64,000 bases of DNA from Entomortierella parvispora E1425 (taxonomy: Eukaryota; Fungi; Mortierellomycota): NCBI GenBank assembly GCA_020891255.1, contig BQFW01000015.1:310001-374000 (forward strand), in the 5' to 3' direction. Made by a program: the position numbers and the translations under genes. This document shows positions 35,141-46,670 of this stretch, one piece after another; positions within the stretch are counted from its first letter, which is position 1; each line of letters begins with the position of its first letter. Under the pieces are notes generated by a model. It worked only from the letters and a program-made list of their open reading frames with translations, did not search any database and had not been told where the DNA came from.

Positions 35141-36071
35141 TTATAAGTTGTCATCCTTTTTACTTTTATTGCCGGAAGAGACTTGTTCAAAGTGATGGAG
35201 CACTCTAGACCGATGGGCAATGGGCGTACAGGGGTCCTGTATAAAACGGTTCGTGGATCCATTACCATCACGCCCGCAAGGGAAAGGTCTAGGGCGCGAA
35301 ATTGATGATTTTGCAGCGCCTTCACTGTCCGAAGGGTCTGCCTCCTTGCGCTTGAATTCGAATCGAGTTAAGTCGTGGACCAGCAAGGTGCCATACAAAC
35401 CCAATGCACTTTTTTTTTCGTTTTCTTTTTCTTTTTATCTTTTTTGATATCCGTTCATTGATGTGCTAACATCATATTTTCGATTCAGTATTTCTTTTGA
35501 AGTCGCCACCAACGGCGATGGAGGTAATTCCGTCTGATCGTCATCGTCAGATATCCTATAAGACATCCCAATCCTAGGAGAAGTCGCACCACCCAGCTAC
35601 CTATCTGGGGATCCTGGAGAGAATAGTGGATTCTTTTCGAAATTTCGCCTTATCTTCTTCTTTTCAGATGTCCGTAAAATAGCCTCCATCCTGCTATCAT
35701 TAGAGTCATCCTCATCCTCTGAAGGATTGTCTTCAAGCATTGATGCTCGATACCGCGTTTGACAGAGGGAGAGGATGAAATGGACCCATGAGAGAGTCTG
35801 TGCTAGTAAATATGTAATGGGTTGACTGCTCCAATGTACTTTCTGAGTGTCTGCGGCTTCTCCACCTCCTATTGATCTTCTCCTCCTCATCCACCTCCAC
35901 TTCTACGGCTTCCCTGACAGAGTCTTGTCCATGATCATCAACAAGCCGATCGGAAAGCCGCGTTCCGTCCTTCTCTATCCCTTTGGCATCATACCCGGCT
36001 CGGCCGTTGTCTGAATGGAGAAATAACGCGTTTTTGAAGACAAGCTTTTCCTCAAAAGGCTCTAAGCCCAC
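35141..36071 (-). CDS. Possible fragmented or multi-exon acidic hypothetical protein; gene model unresolved
   Basis: Protein-like acidic stretches lie in different frames (VEVEVDEEEKINRRWR; EDNPSEDEDDSNDSRMEAIL). I could not build a consistent splice model. Confidence 0.25.
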
Positions 36072-36362
36072 TCCATTTGCGCAAAACTAAAAAAAAAAAA
36101 AAAAACTGCGGAAGTTTGCTGGAGTCGGCGCAACGGGATCACACGTCCTTGTAAAAGGAGATTTTTTTTTCTCCTTGTCTTTTCTGTTTTGATGACGACA
36201 ATTGGCCCTGTTTACCTGTTTATGTCCTTCCCGAAGAACATTCATCAAAATAAAAAGGAGTCCAGTTTCTTTCCGAGTCCTCTTTCTTTTCTTCTCTTCT
36301 GACGATTCTGCACCTCACCCCACCATTTTTTTTTCTCAGGAACAACAGGAACAGCAGAAACA

Positions 36363-37321
36363 ATGCCTCTGACCATTACCGGATTCGCAAGCATGGATCG
36401 TTCTTCGGACGAGATCTCGAAAACGCTTCAAAACCTCGACCCTCACAAGGTCCACTACAAACTCGAGTACTTTGATGTCTCGGCTGTCGGTGCCGTTCCA
36501 CGCGACATTCTCGCCTACGGACAGGCCGACTGGGAAGATCTTGTCGTTACCGTAACGAACGCTCTGCTTAGTTGATTTCTTCTTCTAAAATCTCTTATTC
36601 TTTCTTTTGTTTCTTTTCTCACGCGACGTTTACTTTCTCTTTTTCTTTCTCACACTCTCTCTAGAACTGGCCCGAAGAGACGAAAGCACCCTTTGGCTAC
36701 TTTCCTGTCTTGCACATTTACCCTGAAGGAGCTCAAAGCCCAAAAGAAGACTCTCTCCGGATCTGCGAAACCTTTGTGGTGGAACATTTTCTGGCCGAAA
36801 AGTTCAATCTTTTGGGCAAGAACGAGTGGGAAGCGCAACAGATCAAGATGTTCCATTCGTCGTCGTTGTATCTTCGTGAGCGGGTGGCCATGCGGATCAC
36901 CTGGAACTTTAAAGAGGTGATGGACAAGAGCATGGACATTTTCATGTCGACTCAACTGCCCTACTGGATCGAGACCCATTCAAAGTACCTGAGGGACAAT
37001 GGATCCAACGGACATTACATTGGTGATCAAGTACGTACAAAAACAAAAAAAAAAAACGACGCGTTCGTGTCCCACTCACTGTTCCTCTCTCTCTGGTAGC
37101 TCTCCTTGGCGGATCTGCAGACAGCCAACAATCTGGACCATTTTGCAGTGATCAAGGATGGACACAAGATCCTGGACATGGTCAAGAAGAATGGCCCCGA
37201 GATCTGGAAGGTCAAAGAGACGGTGGATCAAGAACCGCGGTTGCAAAAGTGGCGCCAGTCGGAAGGATACAAGGCCCATCTGGCCATGTCACAGATGCGC
37301 TATGCCAGCACGGGAATCTAA
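36363..37321 (+). CDS. Glutathione S-transferase, Tyr-type (sigma-class-like), about 258 aa
   Basis: Exons 36363-36551, 36665-37030 and 37100-37321. Motifs YKLEYFDV...PRDILAYG..WED, KAPFGYFPVL (cis-Pro loop), ETFVVEHFLAEKFNLLGKNEWE and GHYIGDQLSLADL (N-capping box). Confidence 0.9.
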
Positions 37322-37799
37322 AAAGTCTTTTTCATTTCCATCCTTTTGCTCTCTCTGTCTTTTGACCTAGAAAAGAGCAAAGAGCGAGCACCCATCCATG
37401 TCCCATCGATCCTGACACACACGACCAGAAGGCACAGAACACACAAAGTAAAATAAAAAAAGCCAAAAAGTGACCCATCACGGACCAATCACATCTGTGC
37501 AAGCAAGGAAGGAAGGTGGCTGCTGTCCTTCTCCCACGTCTCCCACGTCTCGTCTCTCCCACGGGGACGGGGGGGGGGGGGTGAGTGTGAGATGTGCGTG
37601 CCTGGCAGTGGCCCAGTGGCCCAGTGCAGCAGATTGAGAGCCCTTTTTTCTTTCTTTCTTTCTTCGCCCCTGTTCCTTCATCTAGCTCGTTCCTCCCCCA
37701 TCTCTTTTTTTCTTTTCTTTTCTTTTCATCTCTTTATCACGATCAAGATCAGCCCAACCCCACCACCTCCATTCGACACAACACATCATCCAGTCTACA

Positions 37800-38477
37800 A
37801 TGTCAGGAATCCGTGCAAAGATCTCTTCTTGGGTCCAGTCCCTCGCATCGCCATCCCAGACCCACGCTTCAGGAATGCTCATCCTCATTGGCATCATCGC
37901 CGCCGCCACCACCACCGATGCCCAATCCGTCCATGAGCCCGTCCGTGGTGCCAAGGCTCCATCATCACCCGGCGACGCCACATCAGACCCCCTTTCCGCC
38001 AAGGGAGGTGACGCCGAGGTCAAGGAATACAACAACCAAGATATTCTCTACTATGTCGCCATGGGCATGTTGGTCTCCCAGGGTCTGATCCGTCTCATCA
38101 CCTTCATCTCCGACCGTCGTGCGGCCGCCGCTTTGGCCGCCGCCAAGAAGAACGATGATCTCAACGCCAGTCAAAAGAAGAGCTCACGGAAAAAGAGCGG
38201 TCTGACCATGAACGCCTTTGAGGAACTGGACGAGGAGGCGATCCAGAAGCGCAAGGAACATTTGGCGACCTTGGGCGAGAAGGCGGAGCTCCTGGGCTCG
38301 GATACCGAGGATGAGGACTATGAGGAGGACTCGGAGGAGGAGGAGAGCGAGTCTGAGGAAGAGGAAGAGGAGGATTCTGAGGAGGAGGAGGAGGATATTG
38401 AAGAGTCCGAGTCCGAGTCTGAGATTGAGCGTCGTCGACGTGTTCTTGCCGCTGGTGATGCCCCTATTGAGGAGTAG
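37800..38477 (+). CDS. Hypothetical membrane protein (225 aa) with two hydrophobic segments and a long Glu/Asp-rich tail
   Basis: Intronless ORF with strong C/G third-position codon bias. Hydrophobic stretches MLILIGIIAAA and ILYYVAMGMLVSQGLIRLITFI; poly-E tract. Confidence 0.7.
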   Translation: MSGIRAKISSWVQSLASPSQTHASGMLILIGIIAAATTTDAQSVHEPVRGAKAPSSPGDATSDPLSAKGGDAEVKEYNNQDILYYVAMGMLVSQGLIRLITFISDRRAAAALAAAKKNDDLNASQKKSSRKKSGLTMNAFEELDEEAIQKRKEHLATLGEKAELLGSDTEDEDYEEDSEEEESESEEEEEEDSEEEEEDIEESESESEIERRRRVLAAGDAPIEE

Positions 38478-39275
38478 AAGCTGCAAAAGCTGTCAAGGGC
38501 TGTTACGGTTCCACCCCATTCACCCAGCGTCCTCGTTTATTTTCTCTCTCTACACCTTGGCTGCGACTCCAGTATCCGGGAAAACAGACGAGGAAAAAAA
38601 ACGCGAAAAACGAAAAAAAACAAACAAAAACATCAGAGAGACCAGAGACACCCCGACCAAACAAAAAAGCAAGGCGAAATCCAAAGGACCAGGGGAACCG
38701 CGCTTTTTTTTTCTTTACATTTTGAGAACCCGACAATGAGCGCATTGGAGGCGAACAGCGAACCCTCTGTTTCGGGTTGCCTTGTCTTTCTCTCACTCCT
38801 TCATCCTTCTACTCTTTCCACACACACCCCCATATATTCCAGTAAATATCCCCATACCCAACCAAATACAACTATTTTCCTTTCACACACCTGAACCCCA
38901 GGAGCAAGCAATTTTTTTTTGGCTGGATAGCACCTTTTTTTATTGTTTTGAGATATTCACATTTTTTTTGTTCATTGCAAGCAAAGGGGTCGGGATCGAT
39001 AAACAATCCGCTTGCCCTTTACCATTTTTTTTTTCGTTCAGGCGAAAGGGGGGGAAAGGAAAGGGACATATGGAAGATGGAAGGGGCAAAGTGTTTTACA
39101 AAGATATCATAGGTACAAGAAAAAATATGCAGGCAACAGAAAAGAAAGGCGCAGAGGGGAACGAGGTTGGGGAATATCAAAAAGAGAAACTGGGCTGGCG
39201 TTTCGTGAATCGATAACTGCCAGCACTGCTTCTCCAACGAGTCCAGAAAAAGACGCCGTGAAAAACGGGCCTTCT

Positions 39276-41130
39276 CTAGGTTGACAAAATGCCCTCGGGT
39301 GCAGCTGTCATGGTATTCTGTTGTTGGAGATGATGTTGGCGCTGCTGGATCTCCCGCTCATGCTCCTCTTCCTGCTGGCGACGCAGCAACTGCTGTTCTC
39401 TCATCTGCTGCTCCTTGGCCAAGTTCTCACGGTGCTGTTGCAGATGCTGTTGCAAAAGCAAAGACGTCCTGCGGACCACCTTTTGCGCAGAGGCAGATGC
39501 AGACGAGTAGGCTGAGGGAGATTCGGGTCGAGATGCCGTCGTGTACGCAGATCCAGTGCCACGGCTAGAAATGTAGCTCGATCGGTTGGACAGAGTGGGC
39601 GCATTCACAGTCGAGTACGAGGGAGGGGGCTGCAGCAATGGTGTGACCAAGGATCGGCAAGAGGCCAGACGAGCCTCCAACGACTAAGGTAGGACAGAAG
39701 AAACACAGACCAGGTGAGCTTTCTAGAGTCTAATCGTCAAAAAAGCAAAACAAAACCAGTTCTTCATCATACCTTGACACGACCAACCATGTCCTGGACG
39801 GTCCTGACAGGGTTCTGCGCCGCACCAGCGGCAGTGTTGGTTTCGCCCACGCCTCCAGCGGCAGACGTTGCGTTGAGACGAACAGAAGATCGCTGAAGAG
39901 TGCTGTTCTTGGCCAGGCGAGCTCTCAAAGAGGGCATAGCATCATAGCTTCTTCCAATCGAGGGACGAGTGGAAGTTGTAGCAGCGTCGCCAGTCTCCAC
40001 TGCCCCTGTCGACTGACTTGCCGCTGCTGCTTGAGCACTCTGAGCAGCAGCCGATGCGCCGATAGCCTGGTTCGATTTCATTACGGCCAGTTCTACGTTG
40101 GCGTCTAAAAATGGCAGTAATTCAGATCATTTTCTCAATTAAGACTCGTCTTCCATGTATGGGGTAAATTGGCGGCAATATGCACAGTAACAACGATGAT
40201 TTACCTCGCAGCTCGTCCTTGAGGCGTTGGACCTCTTCTGACAATGCAACCTTGGACGCGACCTCGCCTTCTAAGATCGCAGTCTTCTCCACAGAAGCAT
40301 TGTACTTGATTTCCAATTCTTGAAGCGACCACTTTGCAGCTCTACATTTGAACGTGCGGACGAAATGATTCACAAGTTAGATGATGAAATTTAAACTAGG
40401 GGATTGGTGGATGTCGTACTGAGCATCAACAACTCGACATCTACCTCTCATGTCGCTCCAAGTCATCATTATCCTGCTCAAGTTCGCGTTCCTTCTTGAT
40501 AAACAATTCGGTCTGCTTCTTCAAATCCTCCAGCTGCCGTGTCAATTGGTTGATGTGTGCGTTGGATTCCTTGACAGACTGATGGTATTTGTCCTAATTC
40601 ATTAGTGCATAGAAAACCACTGTCAATACTTGTTTTGGCTGACCATGACTGGGTCGTGCTTAGCCCTATCCACATGTTCACAGACAATGCCCCCCTTTTT
40701 TTTCTTTTATTGATCCTCCCCATGATGATTGCTGATCCTCCCCATGATGACAGAACGTCTGCTTTCTGCTTTCTGATTCCAATGCATGGTTGTGCGAGTG
40801 TGGTTCAGCGCGAGGCAAGCAAAAGAAAAAAAATAGACCATATCTCCAGAGTCTATTTACCTTCCACTCATCGACCTCCTGTCTCATAGATTCATTCCGG
40901 ATCTTCATCTCCTGGCATCGACGTTCAGTCGATTCGATCTCCTTCTCCAGTTCTGCTTCCAGTTCCTTGGACGACTGCTGGAACTCTTCGAGCACATCAC
41001 TGGTTTCCTTCAGAGCCTCTTCATGTTCCTGCGCCAATGCCTTGTAATACTCGAGCTCCTCGGCAACGCTTTGAAAGCTAATTTGTTCCAAGAAAAGAGA
41101 GGGATTTTTAGCTGGACGCACTGGCGACAC
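39276..41130 (-). CDS. nudE: NudE/NDEL1-like dynein regulator, about 431 aa
   Basis: Exons 41130-40861, 40593-40445, 40341-40205, 40104-39773 and 39683-39276. Motifs EEFQQSSKELEAELEKE, RELEQDNDDLERHER, EVQRLKDELRDANVEL and SLEARLASCRSLV. Confidence 0.92.
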
Positions 41131-43218
41131 TTTTTTTCAGCACGGTCTGCACCATAAAAAATAATGGATAGGCGCTCTTCTTCTTTTGGCCCTTTGCTCT
41201 CTTTCCTCCAGCGTTCTCAATTACGACAAGTCCGTGCCAATACTGAGCATCAATTATGGCCGCCCGCGGATGTATGCAGTTACAAATGCAACCTCTCAAC
41301 GGCCCTAGAAACACTTTTTTGAGCCTTGCATCTTTGCAGCTACGCCGAATGAAGTTGGACCGCTATCTTATCTCAGAGACCTTTTTTTCCATTTTTTTTC
41401 TAAAAGCCAAAGAGGATAGCCCCACACCAGATCCTAGATCCTGGATCCGCATCCAGATCTATTCTGGACAAGTCCTTTTGGGTCTGATAGGCGGCCATGT
41501 GTATGACCAACTGTGCGAAACGCGCCATACATGCCGTAATGAACAGTACCACGCTCAAGCCCCTCTGGTCCCCATCGAACTAATCCAGCGTTGACCTGGG
41601 GTTCTCAATGAGCTTCGGGGCACTTTTGCTTGCCCATTAAAACAAAATGAAAGTAGCGTAAGCTCCAGACCCAACAACGGAAAACAGCAAAATTGCACCA
41701 CAAACAAAAAGAAGAGAAATAGGAGAGAGATGTTGTGCGAGGGGGTCAAGAGAGCAAAAAGAGAAAACAAACGAGGCAGACAGAGAGTCAGAGAAAGAGA
41801 GAGAGAGAGAGAGAGATAGAGAGAGTTGGGTGGGTGATGACACCGCCTGAGAGCAGGTTGCAATAAAACAACTGAGAGCTTCCGCGTTTCTCCCCCTCCC
41901 CTCGAGGAAAAAAAGGGTCGAGGAACCCAATGGGTGGCCCGAGTCTGCTCTGCCCAGTCCTGGACAGGTAAGGCACTACGGAAGAACGGCAGTACCTGGA
42001 GCAAGAGCCACCAGAGACCGGCGTGTCTGTGGCGACTGTCGGAGCGGGGGTCATGTTGTGGTTTATTCGCTGTGGAAGGCGGTGGTGAGCTGCGTGGGAT
42101 GCCGTGAAGAGGTAGTTCGAGGGGCAAGAGGGGAGAGAGAGGGGAGAGAGCCAATCGAGCGAAGGGTGAAATGGGCAAGGACTGGTTGCATGTGATGTAA
42201 TGAACAGAAAAAAAAGAACGACCTCTCTTTGTCCGGAAAAAGAGGAAAAAGACACGAGCATGTCTGTCGCCACATTGCAATGGGGTACAAGAACGTCCAT
42301 GCATGCATTGAATTACATGGCAAGGGTCGATTGTCCATTGATAACCTCGTCATTGTGTCCAAGCAAGTCCAACGCAGGTCCAACCCACACATCCATTGTC
42401 CAGCACCATTCATAGACCATTGCGCTTGCTATCCTATTCTCGTTCCTGTGCCCCCTTCTCGAGAGAGAGGACAGCCAAGGCATGTTACCCCGCTGTTCCT
42501 GAGAAAACTTGGGGTACTGTTGCCCTTTGTTACTGGAACAAAGCACCAAAAGACAACAAACACCCGCAAGGAAGAACCACATCATTATCACTTTGTCATC
42601 CACCCTTCATAGACAGTAAACAGCGCTAGCAGAGGGCTGGATGCCCTAGAATGAATGAGTCACACCCTTTGTCCTTGTCTAGGGTCCTCTGGTTCGTTTT
42701 TTTCTCTCTTCCTTTTCAGTGTTGTTACCTAGGAAGATCCTGCTGGGCCATGGTAAACCAAACGAAGTGACTGAAAAGCCGAGGGAAGTGACAAGGGAGG
42801 AGTGAAAAGGAAGAAACAAGAAAGAGGAGGAGACACGGAAGGGGAACCGGAGAGAAGAGAGAGAAGGGTTGGGTTGGAGAGAAAGGGAGAAAGAGAAAGA
42901 GGAGCAACAAAAAACAACAAAAAGAAAAAAAAAGGGAATCCAGACAGACCCCACGCAACCATGCGGCCACGCTAATTTTTTTTTTTTTTTTTTTTGCTCA
43001 ATCAAACAATTTCATTCCCCTCTTTTTTTTTTTGTTGTTTGCCCTTTTTCTCTTTCCCTGTTCAATCGCATGGCCACACAGACGAAACAATAGTGATCAT
43101 TGTGTTTATTGTGGGGTATAGTTTCGAAATCATGATCATAACTGTTACAAAGACCAGTTTCCGCTACAAGGAAGCAAAGCCTGCTCCCTACAAAAATCAA
43201 AAGGCAAGCGACTGTTAT

Positions 43219-44124
43219 TCAATGAGCGTATGCTACCGGGGAATGCGCCTCGGGAGGGGTGCCGTAGCCACCAACTGGCAACACTGGGGACACGGCGACT
43301 GACGCTCCGGGTGAAGGGTACGGCACAATGGGTTGGCCACCTGGCTGAGGCATTGTCGTCACCATCGATCCAGGGGTCTGTGGCAAAGACTGTTGTTGTT
43401 GTTGCTGGTATGGATTTGGTTGTTGTGCCTGCAGATTTTGATGATATTGGTCCTCAAACTTTTGTTGCGCCATCCCATAGGCCGTAAATGATTCTGGCTG
43501 GTTTGGGGGATACCTTCCTGCTGTGGGGGGTGGTTGCTGACCGGGTGGATAGAAACCCGGCTGTTGTGGGTATGGCTGGTAAGGTGACGGCTGCTGCTGC
43601 TGCATCGGTGGCGCATACATGTACGGCATGGGCATGACCGTTTGCGGTGGTACCACCATGACGACCTCCTTGGGTGGCAGGGGGCCATGATCCAGCTTGA
43701 CCGTCAGCGGAATCTCGGCCAGCATCAAGAACCCGCAGATCGCCATCAGGACGTAGGATGACCTCAATGAGGCACAAAGGGGAGGGATAGGGCTTATGCA
43801 GCTAAATTGACCGTTCAACTTGTCAATGGCTGAAAGTGATAGGTAGAGAGCCAAGATGGACAGCAACAGGCACCAGAAAGCCCGAACGCCTTTATGAACG
43901 AGGTTTCTCCGTTTTGACCGAAGGATGGTGTAGAGGTAGGTGATAAAAATGAGTGGTGTGATGGTCAGCCGTGCAGATTGTTCCCAATCCAATAAGTAGC
44001 CGTTGTAGTCGGCGACGCCCCAATAAGAGATCCAGTAGGCTGTAAAAACAATTAAGGCCACGCCAGTTAAGAACGCAAAGAAGGCAACCGCGATCCGCAG
44101 GCGATGGAGGAAAATTACTGACAT
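43219..44124 (-). CDS. Four-TM (MARVEL-like topology) membrane protein with Pro/Gln/Tyr-rich cytoplasmic tail, 301 aa
   Basis: ATG at 44124; four hydrophobic segments, a CxxxxxxxC loop, and a PQY-rich C-terminus. MARVEL is a topology-based guess. Confidence 0.65.
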   Translation of the reverse strand: MSVIFLHRLRIAVAFFAFLTGVALIVFTAYWISYWGVADYNGYLLDWEQSARLTITPLIFITYLYTILRSKRRNLVHKGVRAFWCLLLSILALYLSLSAIDKLNGQFSCISPIPPLCASLRSSYVLMAICGFLMLAEIPLTVKLDHGPLPPKEVVMVVPPQTVMPMPYMYAPPMQQQQPSPYQPYPQQPGFYPPGQQPPPTAGRYPPNQPESFTAYGMAQQKFEDQYHQNLQAQQPNPYQQQQQQSLPQTPGSMVTTMPQPGGQPIVPYPSPGASVAVSPVLPVGGYGTPPEAHSPVAYAH

Positions 44125-44542
44125 GACAATGAGAAGGAATGGATGGTGTGTCGAGAAGATGGGCAAGAGATGAGGAAAAAGAGAACAAGGCGGGAAGGCG
44201 CGACCCTGCAGGAAGATTTGAAAAGCGGCGAAGACCCCCGCGTCTAAAAAAGAAAAGTAGAGAGCAACAGGTGGCAGTGCAGTGCCAAGCTGTGCGAGCA
44301 TTCCTTTCCCCGGTTTTGTAGAGTTTGTTTTCTATAGCACCGACAGCAAAAATAAACGGCAAGATCGACAGGACAGCCGCTCAACAGCCCATGGGGCCTG
44401 GAGAGATAACTATCTGTGCCCTGAATGCTTTGGCCACTTTGACGCCAAAACGCGACCTTCACGCGCAAAAAAAAAAAAAAAAAAAAAAGTAATCGCAAAA
44501 GGATTTATTGATGAAGCTTTCCATAGCAAATGTCAAGACCAA

Positions 44543-46126
44543 TTAGGCAAGGATTCTTGACCCCAGCACAAGGTACCCTGCTAAATCTACGGAAACTCCT
44601 TTAAGGTCTCTCAGTCTGGGCCAGTGTTCGAGTATCCAGTGTGCCTCTGCTTCTGTAAATCTTGTAAAATCGCTGCAAGGTGCTTTAAAAACCTCCAATC
44701 GACGCAGAGTCCTTAATCTGTCCAAACCATGCCCTAGAGTGAGCTTTGGTCCATAAGACTTCATGCTGCCTCTTGCAGGCACAAAGGGGAACCTAGCGTC
44801 GTCGAAGACGTCGAAGACCCCCATGGTCAGATCAAGCGTCAATAAATTCTCGAGGCTTGCAAGTAAATCCAGAACCATGTCCTGTGTTCCTTCCTCGAGA
44901 AGAATTATGGACATTGACAACTTCTTCAGGCCCGTGCAAATCCAACGATCACCGCCCTTCTTGATGTCAATGTCCGTTATATAGCCGGTCGTGAACTCCT
45001 CAAGGCCATGAATCGAGGTCATAATAGCATGGCTTAACTCTCCAGTGTGCTCTGAACTTTTTCCTAGCTTCAACACCTTGAGTGTCTTCAAAAACTGGGG
45101 CGTCTCTATTCCAAGAGTCCTGAAAGTCTCCATGTCCAAAAAGCCATAGGAAACTTCAAATCGTTCCAGTTTCGAGAGTTTTGTGGACAGCATCTGCAGA
45201 TCTTTGTTCTTCAAGTTTGCAAACCACAATACCAGGTGCTGAAGGTGCTGCCCGAACGGTGTCACCTGAGCGATTTTGGCGAGAATGGTAATTATGTCGC
45301 GATGCACGTCCCACTGAAGTCGGGTTAGCTCAAGACTCTTCATTACGAGTAGCACATGGGTCCATTTGACCGTGCGAAGCCTGTGCCCATCACCCAGACG
45401 CAGATCCTTGATGGTTGTTGGCCCTACGTGAGAAAATTCGGTCATGACCTCTGTGACGACATTCTCATTCTCGATCGCGGGCTCGTATTCTTCCCAATAA
45501 AAGGACTCCAGACGGGACCACAGACGTCCGTACCATTTCATCCAGTCTTTTTCAAACACATATTTTCGATAGCGCAGCCTTAGTTTCTCCAGTTTGGGGC
45601 AGCCAGAAAGGGCCTCAAGGACAGGCTCTTTGGTGTCGGAAATGGAGGAAAAGTCTTTTAGGGAAGACTGGTGTCTCTTGATTAATGCAACGATCGACCT
45701 TCCGTTCCTTATAGGCGCCCTTTGTAAGTTGTTGTATTGATGTCGCACGTCTCTGACCACCAGATGGGTTAGGTTTCGGCACTTGATAGCGCTGCATGGC
45801 ATCTTGAAGTTGCCCTCGAAATCGATAGCTATCTTTCGAACCAAGGGCCAGTATTTTTCCCTCTCTGACAAAGGCGGTCCAACACATTTATCCCTGCTCA
45901 AGATTATTTCGAGTTCGGCCCATTGATCAGGAAGAAAAGCCCGGTACCAAAGGCGACTAACACAAAGACAGGAGACAATGTCGCGTTTCCGCATGTACGA
46001 AGCAATAAGCTGTAGCAACTCTGGAATGTCGATAGGATTTGGTCGAGTGAAAGCATCCTGAGAGCTCATCGACTGATCTAGTTGCGATTGCCATTGAATG
46101 CCAGGGCCGGATTGTTGTTCAGACAT
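44543..46126 (-). CDS. F-box / RNI-like LRR protein, 527 aa
   Basis: NPIDIPELLQLIASYMRKRDIVSCLCVSRLWYRAFLPDQW is F-box-like. LxxLxL repeats follow. The ending KLTLGHGLDRLRTLRRLEVF...EAHWILEHWPRLRDL is typical of Mortierellaceae F-box expansions. Confidence 0.85.
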   Translation of the reverse strand: MSEQQSGPGIQWQSQLDQSMSSQDAFTRPNPIDIPELLQLIASYMRKRDIVSCLCVSRLWYRAFLPDQWAELEIILSRDKCVGPPLSEREKYWPLVRKIAIDFEGNFKMPCSAIKCRNLTHLVVRDVRHQYNNLQRAPIRNGRSIVALIKRHQSSLKDFSSISDTKEPVLEALSGCPKLEKLRLRYRKYVFEKDWMKWYGRLWSRLESFYWEEYEPAIENENVVTEVMTEFSHVGPTTIKDLRLGDGHRLRTVKWTHVLLVMKSLELTRLQWDVHRDIITILAKIAQVTPFGQHLQHLVLWFANLKNKDLQMLSTKLSKLERFEVSYGFLDMETFRTLGIETPQFLKTLKVLKLGKSSEHTGELSHAIMTSIHGLEEFTTGYITDIDIKKGGDRWICTGLKKLSMSIILLEEGTQDMVLDLLASLENLLTLDLTMGVFDVFDDARFPFVPARGSMKSYGPKLTLGHGLDRLRTLRRLEVFKAPCSDFTRFTEAEAHWILEHWPRLRDLKGVSVDLAGYLVLGSRILA

Positions 46127-46670
46127 GGTGCTGGAGGTTTGCATGCATGCAGAGGACCTGACATGACTAGAGGTGTCTCTTTTCAAGAAATGAGCAACGA
46201 AAGATGCACAGGGCACATTGTGGAGATTGGGTGGCTTGTGAGCCTCAACGTTCAAGACCATCACCACAAGATTTCAGTTCGAGAAGGGCGACTCTTGATC
46301 CCTCCTTTCCAGAGCACACACACCACGTTGTTACGATCGGTAACCCATGCTGACGAGCCCCAAAGGACAGTCCGAGAATCAAGCAACCCTCTTTTCCTTG
46401 CGCGCGAGAACCGGGCTCTTGCCGATCACTTTCTTTCTTTGCCGTTCCAACAAGCCGACTCGATCACTTTCCCACTCACCCCCACATACCCCACTTACCC
46501 ACACGGCCTCTCCCTCTCTCTCGTTTCTTTGCCCCGATCCTCTTATCAGCTGACAGGTCCCCTCTGCCGGACGTCCAGACGGGCTGACTCGATCCCTTTC
46601 TTCGCTTCCTTCTTTTCCTCTATTATTCTTGGCCACAATCCATTCCCTCCGCCCTTGTTATACAACAACC

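Noticed and set aside
41256-43302. Cluster of 60-250 aa ORFs, including 42313-42603 with a signal-peptide-like start
   Set aside because: Dominated by GA/CT microsatellites and poly-T promoter-type sequence, with no codon bias or motifs.
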